DNA from: Rebecca billardiae RCC1528
Lineage: Eukaryota > Protista > Haptophyta
NCBI GenBank assembly: GCA_965240325.2
Contig: OZ251235.1
Span: 558,001-622,000 of the forward strand
Direction of reading: 5' to 3'
Length of the DNA stretch: 64,000 bases
Below the pieces are notes generated by a model. The model was given only the letters and a program-made list of their open reading frames with translations, was not told the DNA's origin and did not search any database. The position numbers and the translations under genes were made by a program. This document shows positions 1-12,172 of the stretch, in pieces; positions within the stretch are counted from its first letter, which is position 1; each line of letters starts with the position of its first letter.

Positions 1-960
1 CGTGCCGCGAACTTCGCCGCTGCGCACGCCGTCAAGCGCCTCGTCGACGGTTACCAGGCGGCGAGCAAGGGCTGGGGCGCCAGCTCGCACGAGGCTCGGC
101 TCGAGAGCGCGTGCCGCAGCGCGTTCGTCGGCCTCGACCAGGCGTTCATCGCGTCGAGCCCGGGCGCGCACGACGGCACCACCGCAACCGTCGCCATCGT
201 GGACGCCGAGCGCATCACCGTCGCCAGCGTCGGCGACTCCACTGCGCGGCTGCTCGTGCGCAGCGCGGACGGGTCGGTGAGCGCCTTCCAGGCCTCGGCC
301 GACCACCGCGTGGATCGGCGAGATGCGGCGGAGGAGGCGCGGGTCCTCGCGGCCGGCGCGCAGATCGGGCGCGTGAAGGGCCGCGACGGCAAGCCGGTCG
401 GCCCGGAGCGCCTCTACCCCGGCGCGCTGGCCGTCTCGCGCTCGATCGGCGACGCGGACGCGGGCCAGGCCGCCATCGCCACCCCGGAGGTGCACACGCA
501 CTCGTTCCCTGCGCACGGCGGCGTGCTGCTGCTCGCGACGGACGGGGTGTGGGACTTTGCGAAGGAGGCCACCGTCGACCAGCTGTGCGGGGTCGCGCTC
601 TCGCGCTCGCTCAGCCCGAAGTGGCTCGCGCACTCGCTGATGGAGAAGGCGAGGCCTGCGAACGCCGGCGAGGACGACGCGACACTGATCGCCGTCCTCC
701 TCGGCGTGCCGAGCGCGGCGCAGGACGGGAGCGCCGGCTCCGCCAAGTCGGCGAGGGAGAGCGTCGGCGCGCGCATCAAGTCGCTCTTCGGCCGGACGCG
801 CTCGCACGAGACGCGCTCTGTGCCCGACAGCCCTCGCGCTGCCGATGCCTCGGGCCGCCATGTTCGCCAGTCGGACCCGCCCACCTCCCCGAGCACCGGT
901 GGCAGCAGCCACGGTCGGCGCAGGGCGCTCCGGCTCTCGCTCGGCGGTGGGCAGAGGTGA
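1..960 (+). CDS. Protein phosphatase 2C (PPM family), 5' part outside window
   Basis: PP2C motifs in the ORF 199..960 frame: DGTTATV (just upstream, same frame), ASVGDS, DHR, LAVSRSIGD, LLLATDGVWD, terminal DDATLIAV. Ser/Arg-rich tail, stop at 960. Confidence 0.9.
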   Translation, partial: RAANFAAAHAVKRLVDGYQAASKGWGASSHEARLESACRSAFVGLDQAFIASSPGAHDGTTATVAIVDAERITVASVGDSTARLLVRSADGSVSAFQASADHRVDRRDAAEEARVLAAGAQIGRVKGRDGKPVGPERLYPGALAVSRSIGDADAGQAAIATPEVHTHSFPAHGGVLLLATDGVWDFAKEATVDQLCGVALSRSLSPKWLAHSLMEKARPANAGEDDATLIAVLLGVPSAAQDGSAGSAKSARESVGARIKSLFGRTRSHETRSVPDSPRAADASGRHVRQSDPPTSPSTGGSSHGRRRALRLSLGGGQR

Positions 961-1348
961 TCAGCCCGCCGGCGCGTGTGCGACGTCGCGAGCCGTCACG
1001 TGGGCTGCTGCATCAGCTAGCGGCTCAGGGCGGTCTCGTGCTTCGGCACGAACGATCGATCGGCGCCGTTGGTCACTGGCTTCATCCGCAACTCTAGCAG
1101 TTCTCGTCGGACAGCGCGTTAGCCGTAATCAGCCGCATGTGACTCGGACAGCCAAGCCCCCCCACCGGCAGCCTGGCCTCTGAGGCTCTGACTGCCCAGG
1201 CCGTGGACAAGGCTTTGTACACTACGACTTAGTACACTGTAGTGTAACTGCTAAGTAAAGACCGAGTTGAGACTGTAATAAGTATATATATGGCGCATGA
1301 CTTTGTTGCATATTAGCCCATCGAGTACTATGGTGCCAACGTACATGA

Positions 1349-1599
1349 TACAGTTTACTAAGAGTAAGAATAAGAGACGCACACAGCTCAGGCAGGCGAG
1401 ATTGACGCCCGCCAACTGTCACCGCCCATGAAGCCGTCGCCGATGGTAGCGCCGCCGGAAAATTCGTTCAGCCGTCCGCCTGGCGCCTGCGAGTGCGAGG
1501 CTGAGCGAGGCGACTGCGGATGAGGGCTGCGGCCGCCTCGCGGCGCGCCAGCGCCCGTCGTCCTCGCCCCACCGTCGTCCACAAAACGTCGTCGTCCGA
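1349..1599 (+). mobile_element. Dispersed repeat copy A (TA|CAGTTTACT... terminus, Tc1/mariner-like end)
   Basis: TACAGTTTACTAAG..AATAAGAGACGCACACAGCTCAGGCAGGCGAGATTGACGCCCGCCAACTGTCACCGCCCAT. About 250 bp aligns with the reverse complement of 52861-53085. Confidence 0.7.
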
Positions 1600-1941
1600 T
1601 GACTGCATGACCGGTCATCGACAATGTTGCTTGATGAGCACAGATGAAGATGATGACATGGTCCAATAACAGTCATCATCATCTTATTCGTCATCAACTT
1701 CAACACTACTGATGACAATGCTTGAGTTTTATTTCGCGCTGATGGCTTTTTTCGTAAATTGGCGGTGTCATTGATGACGACAAGTCGACAATGGCGGCGG
1801 CGCGGCGCGTATTTCCGCTCGCGCGCCGGACCCCGGCCGACGAGCACGGGCGGCAGCGGGGGACGACGAGTGCAAGCGGCTCGTGTTGGCGCGGGCGGCC
1901 GGGCGTGCGCACTGGAGGTGGCGTGCGCTGGAGCGAGCGCG

Positions 1942-4552
1942 ATGAAGGACCCGTCCGCCCACCCAGATGTGACGGCCATCAAGCAGGAGGCTGGCGACGC
2001 GTATCGCTCCTCCGACTTTGCGCGCGCGCGCGACATGTACACGCAGGCGCTCGCGACGCTCGACGAGACGACCGGCGACATGCGCGAGATCACGACGCTG
2101 CGCGCGGCGCTCCTGGTCAACCGCTCGATGTCGCAGCTGCAGCTGCGCACGCAGACCGACGAGCCCGACGAGCGGCTCGAGCTCGCCACCCGCGCCGTCG
2201 CCGACTGCACGGCCGCCCTCGAGCTCTGCCCGCAGGGGACCAAGGCGCTGTACCATCGCGCGCGCGCGCGCGACGCGCTGGGCTGGCGCGACGAGGCGAT
2301 CACCGACCTGCAGCGGCTGCTGCAGATGACGCCGAACAACGGCCCGGCGAAGCGGCTGCTCGAGCAGCTCTCCGGCGACGCGCCGCCCTCGCCCGTGCAG
2401 ATGCCGCCCTCGCCCAGCGCCGAGCGTGCGGCCTCGCTCGCCACCAGCGCAGACCGCTCTCTCGCCTCGTCGGCGCCGGGCTCGCCCGGCCGCACGGGGG
2501 GCGTGCCGATGACCGCGGCGTCGGCGCAGCTCCGCCGCCGCGCCGCCGCCGAGGGCGCGCACCCGCCCCCGCTCGCGCCGCGGCGGCCGTCGCACGAGCC
2601 GCGCACTGGCCTGCCAGTGGCCCAAGCCGTGCCAGAGCCAGCCAGCGGCGCGCACCCGGCGGCAGCGGCGGCGGGCGGGGCGGATGCGGAGTGGGCCGAC
2701 GAGCCCGACGGCGCCGAGCCCGACGGCGCCCCGCCGCGCAGCCGCGCCGCGCGCGCGCGCGCCTCTGCGCTGCGCGTGTGCCGCCACCTCTGCCTCGACG
2801 CGCTGCCGCTGCTGCTGCTTGAGCTGCTGTGGCTGGGCGCGTGCTTCGGCGCGCACGAGCGCTGGGCGCCGCTGCTCGCGCGGCGCGGCGACGCGCGCGC
2901 CGAGGAGGCGCTGCGCGCCGAGCTCCACACAGCCGCCGCCGGCGCCGAGCCGCGCGCCGACGCGTATCTGCGCGCGGTGCCTCCGCTCCTGCTGCTGCCG
3001 TGCCGTGCGGTCGCTGTGGCGATCCTCCAGCGCGCGCCGCCCGGCGCGGCGGCGCGCGGCGCGGCGGACGGCGCGCCCGTCGCGATCGCCGCGCTGGACG
3101 AGCACGGCGAGGTGTACCTCGCCGAGGGCGGCGCGAGCGGCGCGGCGCGCGCGCGCCACCTCGCGCTCGGCATTGGCGGCGGGCAGCGCGCGACCGTCCT
3201 AACCAGCTGGCCGCCGCAGGGCGCGCTGGCGATTGGCGGCGACGGCGGCGGGCTCGCGGTGCACTGGCCGTGGGGCGCGCCGCGCGGCGGCGGCGGCGGC
3301 GGCGCGCAGCGGCCCCCGCCGGGGCCGGCCACCTCGTACTGCCGCGCCGAGTTCGGCGGGCCGGTCACGGCGCTGCGCGCGCTGCACGCCACACCGGGCA
3401 GCGTGCTGCTAGGCACGACGCAGCGCGCGCGCGCGGGCGCGCGCGCGCACGGCCGCTCGGGGCAGCCGGGCGCGCTGCAGCCGCACGGTGCGCGCGGCGC
3501 CGGCGTGCTGCCAGTGCGCGCGGCCCGCGCCTCGGTCCCTCGAGCCCTCTCACGCCGCGCACACCCGCGCTGCCCCCGCGCCGCGCGCAGAGGCCGTGGA
3601 CGAGGGAGGCCACCTCGTGAGCCACACACTGCTCGCACCGAGCGTGGACGGACGGTGCCCGGCTGTGGCGCTGCGCGTGCTGGGCGCGGCGCAGGCGGAG
3701 GCGGGCGGGGCAGCGGCGCGCGCGCGCGCGCCGCTCGCCGCGGGCGCGCACCTGCCCATGCTCGGCCTCAGCGTCGACCACAGCGCGCACGTCCACGGGC
3801 TCGTCAGCGCCACCGGCGGCGGCGGCGGCGACGACGACAGCGGGGCGGGCGGCGGGCGGGTGGCGCGTCTGCTCCGGCTGAGTAGGCCTCCGTCGCGCGT
3901 GCTCGTGATGGCGCACGCGGTGCGTGGGCGCGAGCTCACGCTGGGCGTGCTGCCCCTCGCGCAGCTCCGCTCGCGCGTGCACGCGCCCCCGCGCCCCGCG
4001 CCCCGCGGCCACGCGCACGCGCCGCCGCCACCGCCGGGCGGCGCCGCCGCCCACCGCCTCGCGGCGCGCGCCGAGGCGGTGCCGTGTGCGCTCAGCGTGG
4101 CGGTGGAGGCGGAGGGCGACAGCGGGGTGCTGGAGTGGCAGGCGTCGAGCGCGCCGTCGGACGTGGTGTACGTGCGCACGCGAGCGCACCTGCTCGTCCT
4201 GCGCGTCGTGCCCGCGCGCGGGGCGCCGCTCGAGGCGGCAGCCGGCGCGGCGCGCGCGCACCGCGGCGGCGCGCGCGACGCGGCACGGGTAAGCGCTCGT
4301 GCGCGCGCGCGCGCGCGCCTGCGCGCGCTCGCGCGCGCCTGCGCGCCTGCGCGTGCACGGCGGCGCGGGCGGCCTCTGAGCGGCCCGACGCGCGCGCGCG
4401 CGCGCGCGCAGGCATTCGCGCGCGGTGCGACCTCGTCCGAGCGCGAGTACGCGTGCGAGGAGCTCGCCGCCCTCAGGCTGAGTGCGCTGGGCGCAAGCGC
4501 GCCCGCGGCGGGCGAGCGGGGCGACACGGGTGAGGCGCCGGGTGGCGGCGGC

Positions 4553-4592
<40 letters not shown>

Positions 4593-5500
4593 TCGAGGAG
4601 GCGGGCGGCGATGCAGGCAGCGCGCCGCCGCCGCCGCCTGTCGCGGCGGCGTCCGCGCCGCGCCTTGTCCCGCTCGACGGGTACGTCGCCCTCGCCGTCG
4701 CCGCGCCCGGCGGCCACACCCGCCACGCTCTGCTCAACACGTCTCAGCTGCTGAGCGCGCACTCTCGGCACACGGCGGCGCGCGCGCGCGGAGGGCGCGC
4801 GCACACGGCCGCGCGCGCGCGCGCGCACGGCTCGTCCGGCGTGGTGGGCACGGCCGGCGCGCTGGGCGGTGTGGAGCTCACGCCGTTCGCCCTCGACGAG
4901 CTCGCGCGGCCGCAGCTCCCGCGCGGCTGGATCGGCGCGGCCGTCCACGGCGGCGCGCAGTGCGGCCTCGAGTGCGTCCGCCATCTTAACCGGGCGCGCG
5001 CGCACGAGCTGCGCGCGCGCGGCGGCGCCGTGCGCGCGGCGGCGCGCGGCGGGGACAGTGGCGCGGAGGGCGGCGCGGGCGGCGCGGGCGAGGCCGACGC
5101 GGAGGAGGGGTCCGAGCCGGTGGAGGAGGAGCAGCCGCCCTTGACCCCCCTGGACGAGGCGGCGGGGCTGCGCGCTGCGGACGCGCACGGCTCACTCGTC
5201 GCGACTGCGCACGCGTGCGGTGGCGGCAGCGCGGCCTGCTCGCTGATCGTGACGCATGTCTCGCTGCTGCCCACCGTCTCCTTCGACGCGCACGCGGACT
5301 GGCGGCTCGGCTGGCTGCTGCTCACAGGCGCGCTGGCGGTGATGGTGGCTTGGCGCTGCGCGCTCGACTGGCTCGCCTCACCTCGAAGCGCAGCCGGCGC
5401 GGGCGCGGGCGCCGCGCGCATGCGCAAGCAGGGGGCCAGGCCTGGCACGCACCCTCAGAACGGCCGCCCGCTGCGCCAGCGGCATGAGCATGAGGACTGA
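1942..5500 (+). CDS. TPR-repeat membrane protein of unknown function; join(1942..3487,3591..4288,4412..5500)
   Basis: Three TPR-like repeats (KQEAGDAYRSSDFARARDMYTQAL; LLVNRS..AVADCTAALEL; KALYHRARAR..EAITDLQRLL). Hydrophobic segments LPLLLLELLWLGACF and WLLLTGALAVMVAW. GT-AG introns 3488-3590 and 4289-4411 give a 3333-nt in-frame CDS. Confidence 0.7.
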
Positions 5501-5761
5501 CTACGCTGTCTACGCACCGGTCGTGTCGTCCGCCGGTCGTCGTCGTCAGGTCTCAGCAGCGCATAGCAGCACTGATGCAGTAGTCATCATCGTCGATCGC
5601 CTGCTGTCACTCGATCTCGCGCGGCGCGGCCGCGCGGCCGCGATAGCCGATATAACGATTATATTATTATTATTTAATAATAATCAATGTAATAATAACT
5701 AAAATCGCGTAGTCGATTATCATCATCATATCAATAAGACGATCATCAATAACTGCTGTAG

Positions 5762-7243
5762 TCAGACTGACGCAACGACTGAGACCTGCTGCTGCTGCTG
5801 ATGAGACCCGGACCCGCCGGCGGATGTCAAGGGTGATGACAGCAGCAGTGTTGGCTGCCCATCATCGTCCCCTACTGCTGCGGTCGCATGGGCAGCCGCG
5901 AGGCCGAGTGCTGCAGTTGAATCCTCGTCCAGCAGCCCCTGCTGCTGCTGCCTGCGCTCACGGAGCTCGTCGCTGCCGTGGCGCCCATCGCCCGCCGCGT
6001 CCTCGGGCGCGCGCAGTGTTCGCACGGGCGCGAGCTCGAGCGCGGCCGGCAGCGGCAGCGGGCTGCCCGGCTCGAGCGGCAGCGAGGCCATCGAGGCGGC
6101 CGATGGGCTGGGCACCTCGCCCTCGTCCTCCGCCATGTGCCGGTACTGGCCGGGCGGCGGGCGGCGATCGGCGGGCCGCCTGCGTGCGAGGAGGAGCACA
6201 CAGCCGCCGATGGCCGCCAACGCGCACGCGATGAGCGCAATCACGCCCGCGCGGCCGCCGCCGCGCGGCCGGCCGGCCGCGTCGCGCCGCGGGCCGCGCG
6301 AGCCTGTGGGGTTGGACGGCTCTTGCGCTTCGACCGACGTGCGCGAGACAGGGACCAGCGCCGGCTCGCGCGGTCGCGCGCGGCCCTGGTGGCCCCGTGC
6401 GTGCCGGCTCCCGTCGCGCGTGTCCGCCTGCGGCTGCGCGGAGCACACGGGCCCCGGCGCGGGCTCGCCGCCCTCGGCGAGCGCGCGCATCCACGCGCCG
6501 CCGAGCGCGCGCGTAAAGATGCGCACGTGCTGCATGTACCCGAGGAAGTTGGCGTGCTCCACGTGGAAGCTCTTGCCGAGGAAGGTGTACGTGCGCGTCG
6601 CGCGCACGGGCCGCATGTCCGCGCGGCAGCTCGCCACCGCCTCGCCGTCGCGGTACAGCGTCGCCTGCTCCTGCGAGAGCGCCACGCCCAGGTGCAGCCA
6701 CTCGTCCACGCGCCACACGCCCGCGGGCGACTGGCACACGAGCCAGCCCGGGGCGCGCGCCACGCCGCAGTGCGCGCAGTACAGGCCAAAGGCGAGGCTG
6801 GAGGTGGTGCCTTGCTGGCCGAAGAAGAACTCGCCCTCCGTGTTCGGCCCGTCACCCAGCTCCATCACCCGCTGGAACCCAGCCCCGCCGATCCCGAAGT
6901 TGTAGTCGAAGAGGCGCACCCACGCCGCCAGGCTCAGGTCCGATCCGCCGAGATGCGTCGGGCCGGCATCGATGTACTCAAACCGAGACGTGCCAAAGCG
7001 GCCGACCATGCTCACCTCACGGCCGCCGACTTCCGTGACGGGGAGCGCGCGCGCGACCAGCTGCGCCGTCAGCCCTGGGTGTACCGGGTGCCTGCCCGTG
7101 ACCACGTCGTCGGCAAGGCTGGCGCCAGTGAGAGGCCACGCGTGTGCGTCGCACTGGTACGCAGGCACTACTGTATCGGCTGCGAGGCAGGCCAGCTGGC
7201 ACGCAGCGAGCATGAGAGGCACTCGTGCTCGGAGGGACGTCAT
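5762..7243 (-). CDS. Type I membrane protein with LamG/ConA-like lectin domain
   Basis: Signal-like MTSLRARVPLMLAACQLACLAA. LamG_3 motifs LSLAAWVR, WLHLGVAL, LYRDG, FLGKS, FLGYMQHVRIFTRAL. TM VIALIACALAAIGGCVLLL followed by RRR. Confidence 0.8.
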   Translation of the reverse strand: MTSLRARVPLMLAACQLACLAADTVVPAYQCDAHAWPLTGASLADDVVTGRHPVHPGLTAQLVARALPVTEVGGREVSMVGRFGTSRFEYIDAGPTHLGGSDLSLAAWVRLFDYNFGIGGAGFQRVMELGDGPNTEGEFFFGQQGTTSSLAFGLYCAHCGVARAPGWLVCQSPAGVWRVDEWLHLGVALSQEQATLYRDGEAVASCRADMRPVRATRTYTFLGKSFHVEHANFLGYMQHVRIFTRALGGAWMRALAEGGEPAPGPVCSAQPQADTRDGSRHARGHQGRARPREPALVPVSRTSVEAQEPSNPTGSRGPRRDAAGRPRGGGRAGVIALIACALAAIGGCVLLLARRRPADRRPPPGQYRHMAEDEGEVPSPSAASMASLPLEPGSPLPLPAALELAPVRTLRAPEDAAGDGRHGSDELRERRQQQQGLLDEDSTAALGLAAAHATAAVGDDDGQPTLLLSSPLTSAGGSGSHQQQQQVSVVASV

Positions 7244-7993
7244 GCCGACGCCGATGGCCGCCGGCGCAGCGGCGACCGGCCGCGGCAAGCCCTTGCTGGG
7301 CAGTCCACCGTCGACAGACAAGCGAACGAGGCATTTTATTCTGCTCATCTTTTAACTTTTTCCGCCCCGCGCAGCCGCGCTGGTGAGCAGGCCACAGCAC
7401 GGGTGCCGCGCCGGAACACTGATGAGTGAGTGATGATGTCCTCACCACCTGCGCCACCACGCCAACACAGTCGCGGCATCTCATACAGCCGTGTGACAGA
7501 CTATACAGTATATATATATATATATATGTGTGTGACTGCGCGCGATGGCGTCGCCAATGAGATGGACGGCCTGGGGCACTGGGCTGATCATGTCTACAGT
7601 AGTCCGTGTACTGTGCGGCATGGAATTGTGAAGGATCTCTCGGCTCCGTACTCTCAGTTGGCTAGCTCTCGTTTGACGGTCTCGACGCGGTAATCTCGTC
7701 GTCTCTCTGGCTTTCTCTACTCTCTCAGCACTCAGCACTCACTCTAGCTATACTGTTTCTTCCGACCAGGGCAGGTGCCAATTAATGTGCGCCACCCGCA
7801 GCCCTGCCCCCCAGCCTCCTATACGGACAGTTAGTTACGGTCCCCGTCCTCTGCGGAGCGGGGCCGGGATGGAGCGGGCAGGTCGCAGGAGCGGCCGCCT
7901 CGGCCTGGCGGGCACAAGTGCGGCGGCGACGGCAGATGAACACTGCCGCGGCCGAGCGCCTTCCGGAGCACTTGGATGACATATATATATGTG

Positions 7994-9043
7994 CTATCTG
8001 CTGCCGCTCCTCAGACGCTCGCGCGCGACGACGTCCGACGGGAGAGCAAAGACCGGATCGACTCGCGGCAGCCATCCTGACACGTCGTTGGCGCCGTCGG
8101 CGTCGTCCCGTTCGCCCTGCACGAGCGCGAGCGCCATGAGCCCAAAGAAGGTGTGGTACGGATCGGGCGGCTCGCCCGGTGTCCACGCCAGCCCGCCCTC
8201 CGGGTCAGCGCACGCGCGCACAAAGGCGCGCGCCGCGCCCACATCGACCCAGTGCAGCGCTCCGAGCGTCCGCAGCGAGGCGAGCACCCACCACGAGTAG
8301 CACAGGTCGGCCTCCTTGTCCGCGCGGCCGGCGAAGCCACCGCACGGCTGCTGGCGCTCGGCGAGCCAGCGAGCGCACGCTGGCCGCGAGGGCATCTCGT
8401 CGAGCGCGCCCAGGACGCTCAGCCCCGCCAGGCAGCAGAACGTGGCCCCGGCGTGAGACTCGCCGCCGGGCGTGCCGCCAAAACCGCCATCGGCGTTCAA
8501 GCACGCCAGGAATGCCCGCGTCGCGATGTGCGCGTCGTCGGAGGCGCGATCGGGCGTCGCGTCGAGCAGCGCGAGCGTCAGGAGCGCGCAGCACGCCCGC
8601 TTCGGGTCGACATCTGCAGCGGTCGCGGCATACAGCTCGGACCGCGCGAATGCGGCCGGTCCGGGCTCAGCCCCGCGAAACGCGCTCAGCTGCCCATGCA
8701 GCGCCGCGAGCTGCATGGCCGACAGCGTCTGCAGCGCGTCCGACAGGTGGCCTGCGCGCGGGCCGAAGCCGCCGTCTGCGTTCTGCGCAGCGCGTACGAG
8801 CTCCAGCGCGTCCGCTCCGGTGGAGGTGCCGCCCGTGGCGCGCAGAAGATGCAGCGCGCCCACCACCCAGTACGCGTGTGAGAGGCGAACGCCGCTGCCG
8901 GCGCCGCGATCACCGCCGATGTCGTATGCACGAGCGGCACGCGCGATGCCCAGGACGTAGGTAGCATGCTGATCCTCCACGCGGCTTGTCAGCGCCGCGC
9001 CCACGCTCAACAAGCACGAATGCGCGAGCCACGCGACCGCCAT
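7994..9043 (-). CDS. RABGGTB: Rab geranylgeranyltransferase (GGTase-II) beta subunit
   Basis: Prenyltransferase repeats: RLSHAYW, QNADGGFG, DGGFGGTPGGESHAG, WLAERQ..GGFAGRADKEADLCYSWWVLASL, DPYHTFFGL, VDPVFALP. Zn ligands D-x-C and H are present. Confidence 0.9.
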   Translation of the reverse strand: MAVAWLAHSCLLSVGAALTSRVEDQHATYVLGIARAARAYDIGGDRGAGSGVRLSHAYWVVGALHLLRATGGTSTGADALELVRAAQNADGGFGPRAGHLSDALQTLSAMQLAALHGQLSAFRGAEPGPAAFARSELYAATAADVDPKRACCALLTLALLDATPDRASDDAHIATRAFLACLNADGGFGGTPGGESHAGATFCCLAGLSVLGALDEMPSRPACARWLAERQQPCGGFAGRADKEADLCYSWWVLASLRTLGALHWVDVGAARAFVRACADPEGGLAWTPGEPPDPYHTFFGLMALALVQGERDDADGANDVSGWLPRVDPVFALPSDVVARERLRSGSR

Positions 9044-9164
9044 GCTGGTCCTGGCTTGTTGAGGTGTTGTCCGCTCGCATGCAGCTTCACAAGATTGCTG
9101 CGGCGGCCTCGAGCGAGGCTGGCTGTGTCGTCGTCGCTGGGCCTGGCGCGCACACTGTCGTGCC

Positions 9165-10355
9165 ATGCGGGCGGCGCCGCTGCTCCTTCACCGCCAGATC
9201 CTGCACCGCTCGTCTCAGCCGCTCGCGCTCGCGGTCTCGATCGATGCCAATGACCACTGGGCCGTGTGGACGACCCTCATGCTGTGCGCGGCCACGGGTC
9301 AAGGCCTGGAGCGCCGCACGCGCATCGGCCGCGCGCTCTCCGGCCCGGTGCTCACGATGGCCCTGGCTTTCATCCTGACGAACGGCGGCGTGCTGCCAGA
9401 GCCAACCGCCTCGTTCCGCCTCGCGCAGGGCGCCATCGTCCGCCTCACGACGCCTCTGCTGCTCTTCTCCGCTGACCTGAGGCTCATCGCGTCGCGGACG
9501 GGGCGCATGCTGCGATGCTTCTGGGCCGGCACGCTTGGCTCCGCACTCGGCGCCATGATTGGCGCGGCGCTCTTCCGGCGCTCGCTGCTGCAGATTGACG
9601 GCGGCCTCCAGTGTGCCGCCGCGCTCGCGGCGAAGAACATCGGCTCCGGGATCAACTTCATCGCCGTGTCGTCCGCCGTCCCCGCAGACACGGTCGCCGC
9701 TGCGCTCTCGGTGGACAACGTCGGCGCGCTCGTGTACTTCCCGGCGCTGTCGCTTCTGGGCCGGCCGGCGGCGAAGCCGGATGGCACCGCGCACGCCGAA
9801 GCCGACGACCGCGCACCCAGCGCCCAGGCCGGTGCGCTCGATGCTGCTCCGGGCGCACTCGCGGTGGCGATGGCGCTCACGGTCCTCGCCTCGCGCTGCG
9901 GGCCAGCGCAGGCGCAGCTGCCGCTCGTCACGCTGCTCACAGTGGGCATGGCGACCCTGTTCCCCGCGCAGCTGGCGCCGCTCCGCACCTCGGCGGAGTG
10001 GATGGGCAGCCTGCTCCTCTACCTCTTCTTCGCGACAGCGGGCGCAGCCGGGGGCATCGCTCCGGGCATGTGCACGCCTCTTGCTGGCTTCACACTCGTG
10101 CTGTACGCCGTGCACCTGGCGGTGGTGCTCGCCGCCGGCAGGCTGTTCCGCTGGCCCCGCGAGGAGGTGCTCGTGGCCTCTTCCGCCAACATCGGCGGGC
10201 CCGCGACGGCCTCAAGCCTAGCGCGCTCCAAGGGATGGTCGCAGCTCGTCACGCCGGCGATCCTCGTCGGCACACTTGGCAACTGCGTCGCAACCTTTGC
10301 CGGCGTCGGCCTGCATCAGCTCATGCGCGCGATGCTGCTGCCCCGGGGCGGATGA
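9165..10355 (+). CDS. DUF819-family polytopic membrane protein
   Basis: About 10 hydrophobic segments with motifs PLLLFSADLR, NIGSGINFIAV, VASSANIGGPATA, LVTPAILVGTLG typical of DUF819. Confidence 0.85.
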   Translation: MRAAPLLLHRQILHRSSQPLALAVSIDANDHWAVWTTLMLCAATGQGLERRTRIGRALSGPVLTMALAFILTNGGVLPEPTASFRLAQGAIVRLTTPLLLFSADLRLIASRTGRMLRCFWAGTLGSALGAMIGAALFRRSLLQIDGGLQCAAALAAKNIGSGINFIAVSSAVPADTVAAALSVDNVGALVYFPALSLLGRPAAKPDGTAHAEADDRAPSAQAGALDAAPGALAVAMALTVLASRCGPAQAQLPLVTLLTVGMATLFPAQLAPLRTSAEWMGSLLLYLFFATAGAAGGIAPGMCTPLAGFTLVLYAVHLAVVLAAGRLFRWPREEVLVASSANIGGPATASSLARSKGWSQLVTPAILVGTLGNCVATFAGVGLHQLMRAMLLPRGG

Positions 10356-10653
10356 AGTCTATATTGGATACGGCGCGCGGTCTTGATGATGCGACTTATG
10401 ATATTACAAACGTGATGCTGACGATATAATTCTTTGGTGGCAGCATATGCTGACGATATGCGGTGCAGACTAATCCATCACGACGTGTCTTGGCATGACA
10501 CGTACGATCCCGACTCCGAATCGGGCTGTGGCTGCGCTGCGTCTGAGCCCCCGAGCCCAAGGCCGAGGCTAACAGACCCACGTACGTACGTCAGCGCGCA
10601 AGTGATTGCCAAGTGCCGCACGAGACTCCCTGTCCAGCGAGAAGCAACGCGGT

Positions 10654-12172
10654 TTACTGCGACTTCTTCTCGGCCCCGTGGCCGACGTTGTCGAGGTTGG
10701 CAAAGGTATCCGCCATCGCCTCGAAGTAGCCGCGCACGTCGTAGTGCAGACCGTGCTTCTCGAAGAGCGCCTTCACCCGCGGCGCAATCTTCGGGTGACG
10801 GAACTGCGGCATCGAGGGGAAGAGGTGGTGCTCGATCTGGTAGTTGAGGTAGCTCATCCACCAGTCGCACCACCACGAGGGCGAGCAGTTCGTCGTGTGG
10901 TTCGCGGCGTACTCCACCCTGCGGGCGCCGGTGCGCGGGGGCGTGGCGGTGAGACACGGGCGCGTGCCAGGCAGGTGCGCGCAATTGGACGCGCCGCTGG
11001 GGCGAGGTGGCATCGGCAGCCGCCGCGCTGCGCCGCGCTGCGCCGCACCAGGTGGCGTGCTCGTCCGGCTCGACCACGGCGAGGTGCGTGTGCGACACGG
11101 CGAAGTTGCAGAAGATGTACATCGCGCCGAGCTGCACGTACAGCAGGTAGCACGCGATCACGTACCCAACGCCGTAGTTGGCCGCGAGGTAGCCCACCGT
11201 CCCGTAGCGGATGCCGAGCATCGCGAGCTCGTCGTAGTGGCCCGTGCGCACCATGTGGCGCGGGTGGAGGTAGAGCTGCCAGCCGAGGGCGACGAGCAGC
11301 GTGGTGACGGGCGCGAAGAGCTTCGCCTGCATGCTGAGCCACGCCTTCATCGCGGGGCTCTTCACCTTGGCCGCAACCCTGCGAGGCCGGATCGCGCCGC
11401 GCGACCGGACGTGGGTAAGGTGAGTGTGCTGCGAGCAGGCGCGCGGCGCAGCCGGTGCGCCAGGGCGCGAGCGCGGCGGGGCTGCGCACCGCTCGTGGAA
11501 CGCGACGAGGGGGAGGGTGTCCAGATCGACGTCGTGCTTCAGCTTCTGCGGCGTCGCGTGGTGCTTGTTGTGCTGGTTGCGCCACCACGCGCCCGACATG
11601 CCGCAGCCGAGCCCGTAGCACGCCACCTGAATCGCGCGGTCAATCGAGATGTTGCCCGTGAGCGAGTAGTGCCCGCCCTCGTGCATGAGCCAGCCGCAGC
11701 GGCCCTGCACGACTCCCAGCATGCCGATGCCGGCGAGCGTGTACCCGTGCCAGATCAGCGCCGCGCCCGCCAGGTGCAGCGCCACCACCTCCGCCAGCCG
11801 GTACATGACGTGCATCGGCGACGGCTTGAAGCAGCCCTCTGCCTCCAGCTGCTTGGTGAACTCCTGGAAGTCGGCGATCAGGTCCGCGCGGCGCGGAGCG
11901 TAGCCCTTCTGCACGGGGCGCGAGGGGAGCGACTTGAGCACCTTGTCCGCCTTCGAGCTGCGCACGTGGAACTGCTTGTACGCGTCCGTCGCATCCGTGC
12001 CGACCTGGTACATGATGATCTTGCCGCCCGGGTGGCGCTTGACGAAGTTGCTCACGTCGTACGCGCGGTCGCCGATGACCAGCTCCTTCTTCTGCTCGTC
12101 CTGCGGTGCGTCGGCATCGTACAGCTGAGCCGACGGCGGCGCGGCGTACGAGTAGCTGTCGCGCGGCGGCAT
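10654..12172 (-). CDS. Front-end fatty-acid desaturase (Delta5 type) with cytochrome b5 domain; join(complement 11490..12172,11049..11378,10654..10918)
   Basis: HPGG heme motif and His boxes HEGGH, HNKHH, QIEHH. GT-AG introns 11379-11489 and 10919-11048 yield 425 aa. From memory, very close to the Pavlova Delta5 desaturase (MPPRDSYSYAAPPSAQL...). Confidence 0.95.
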
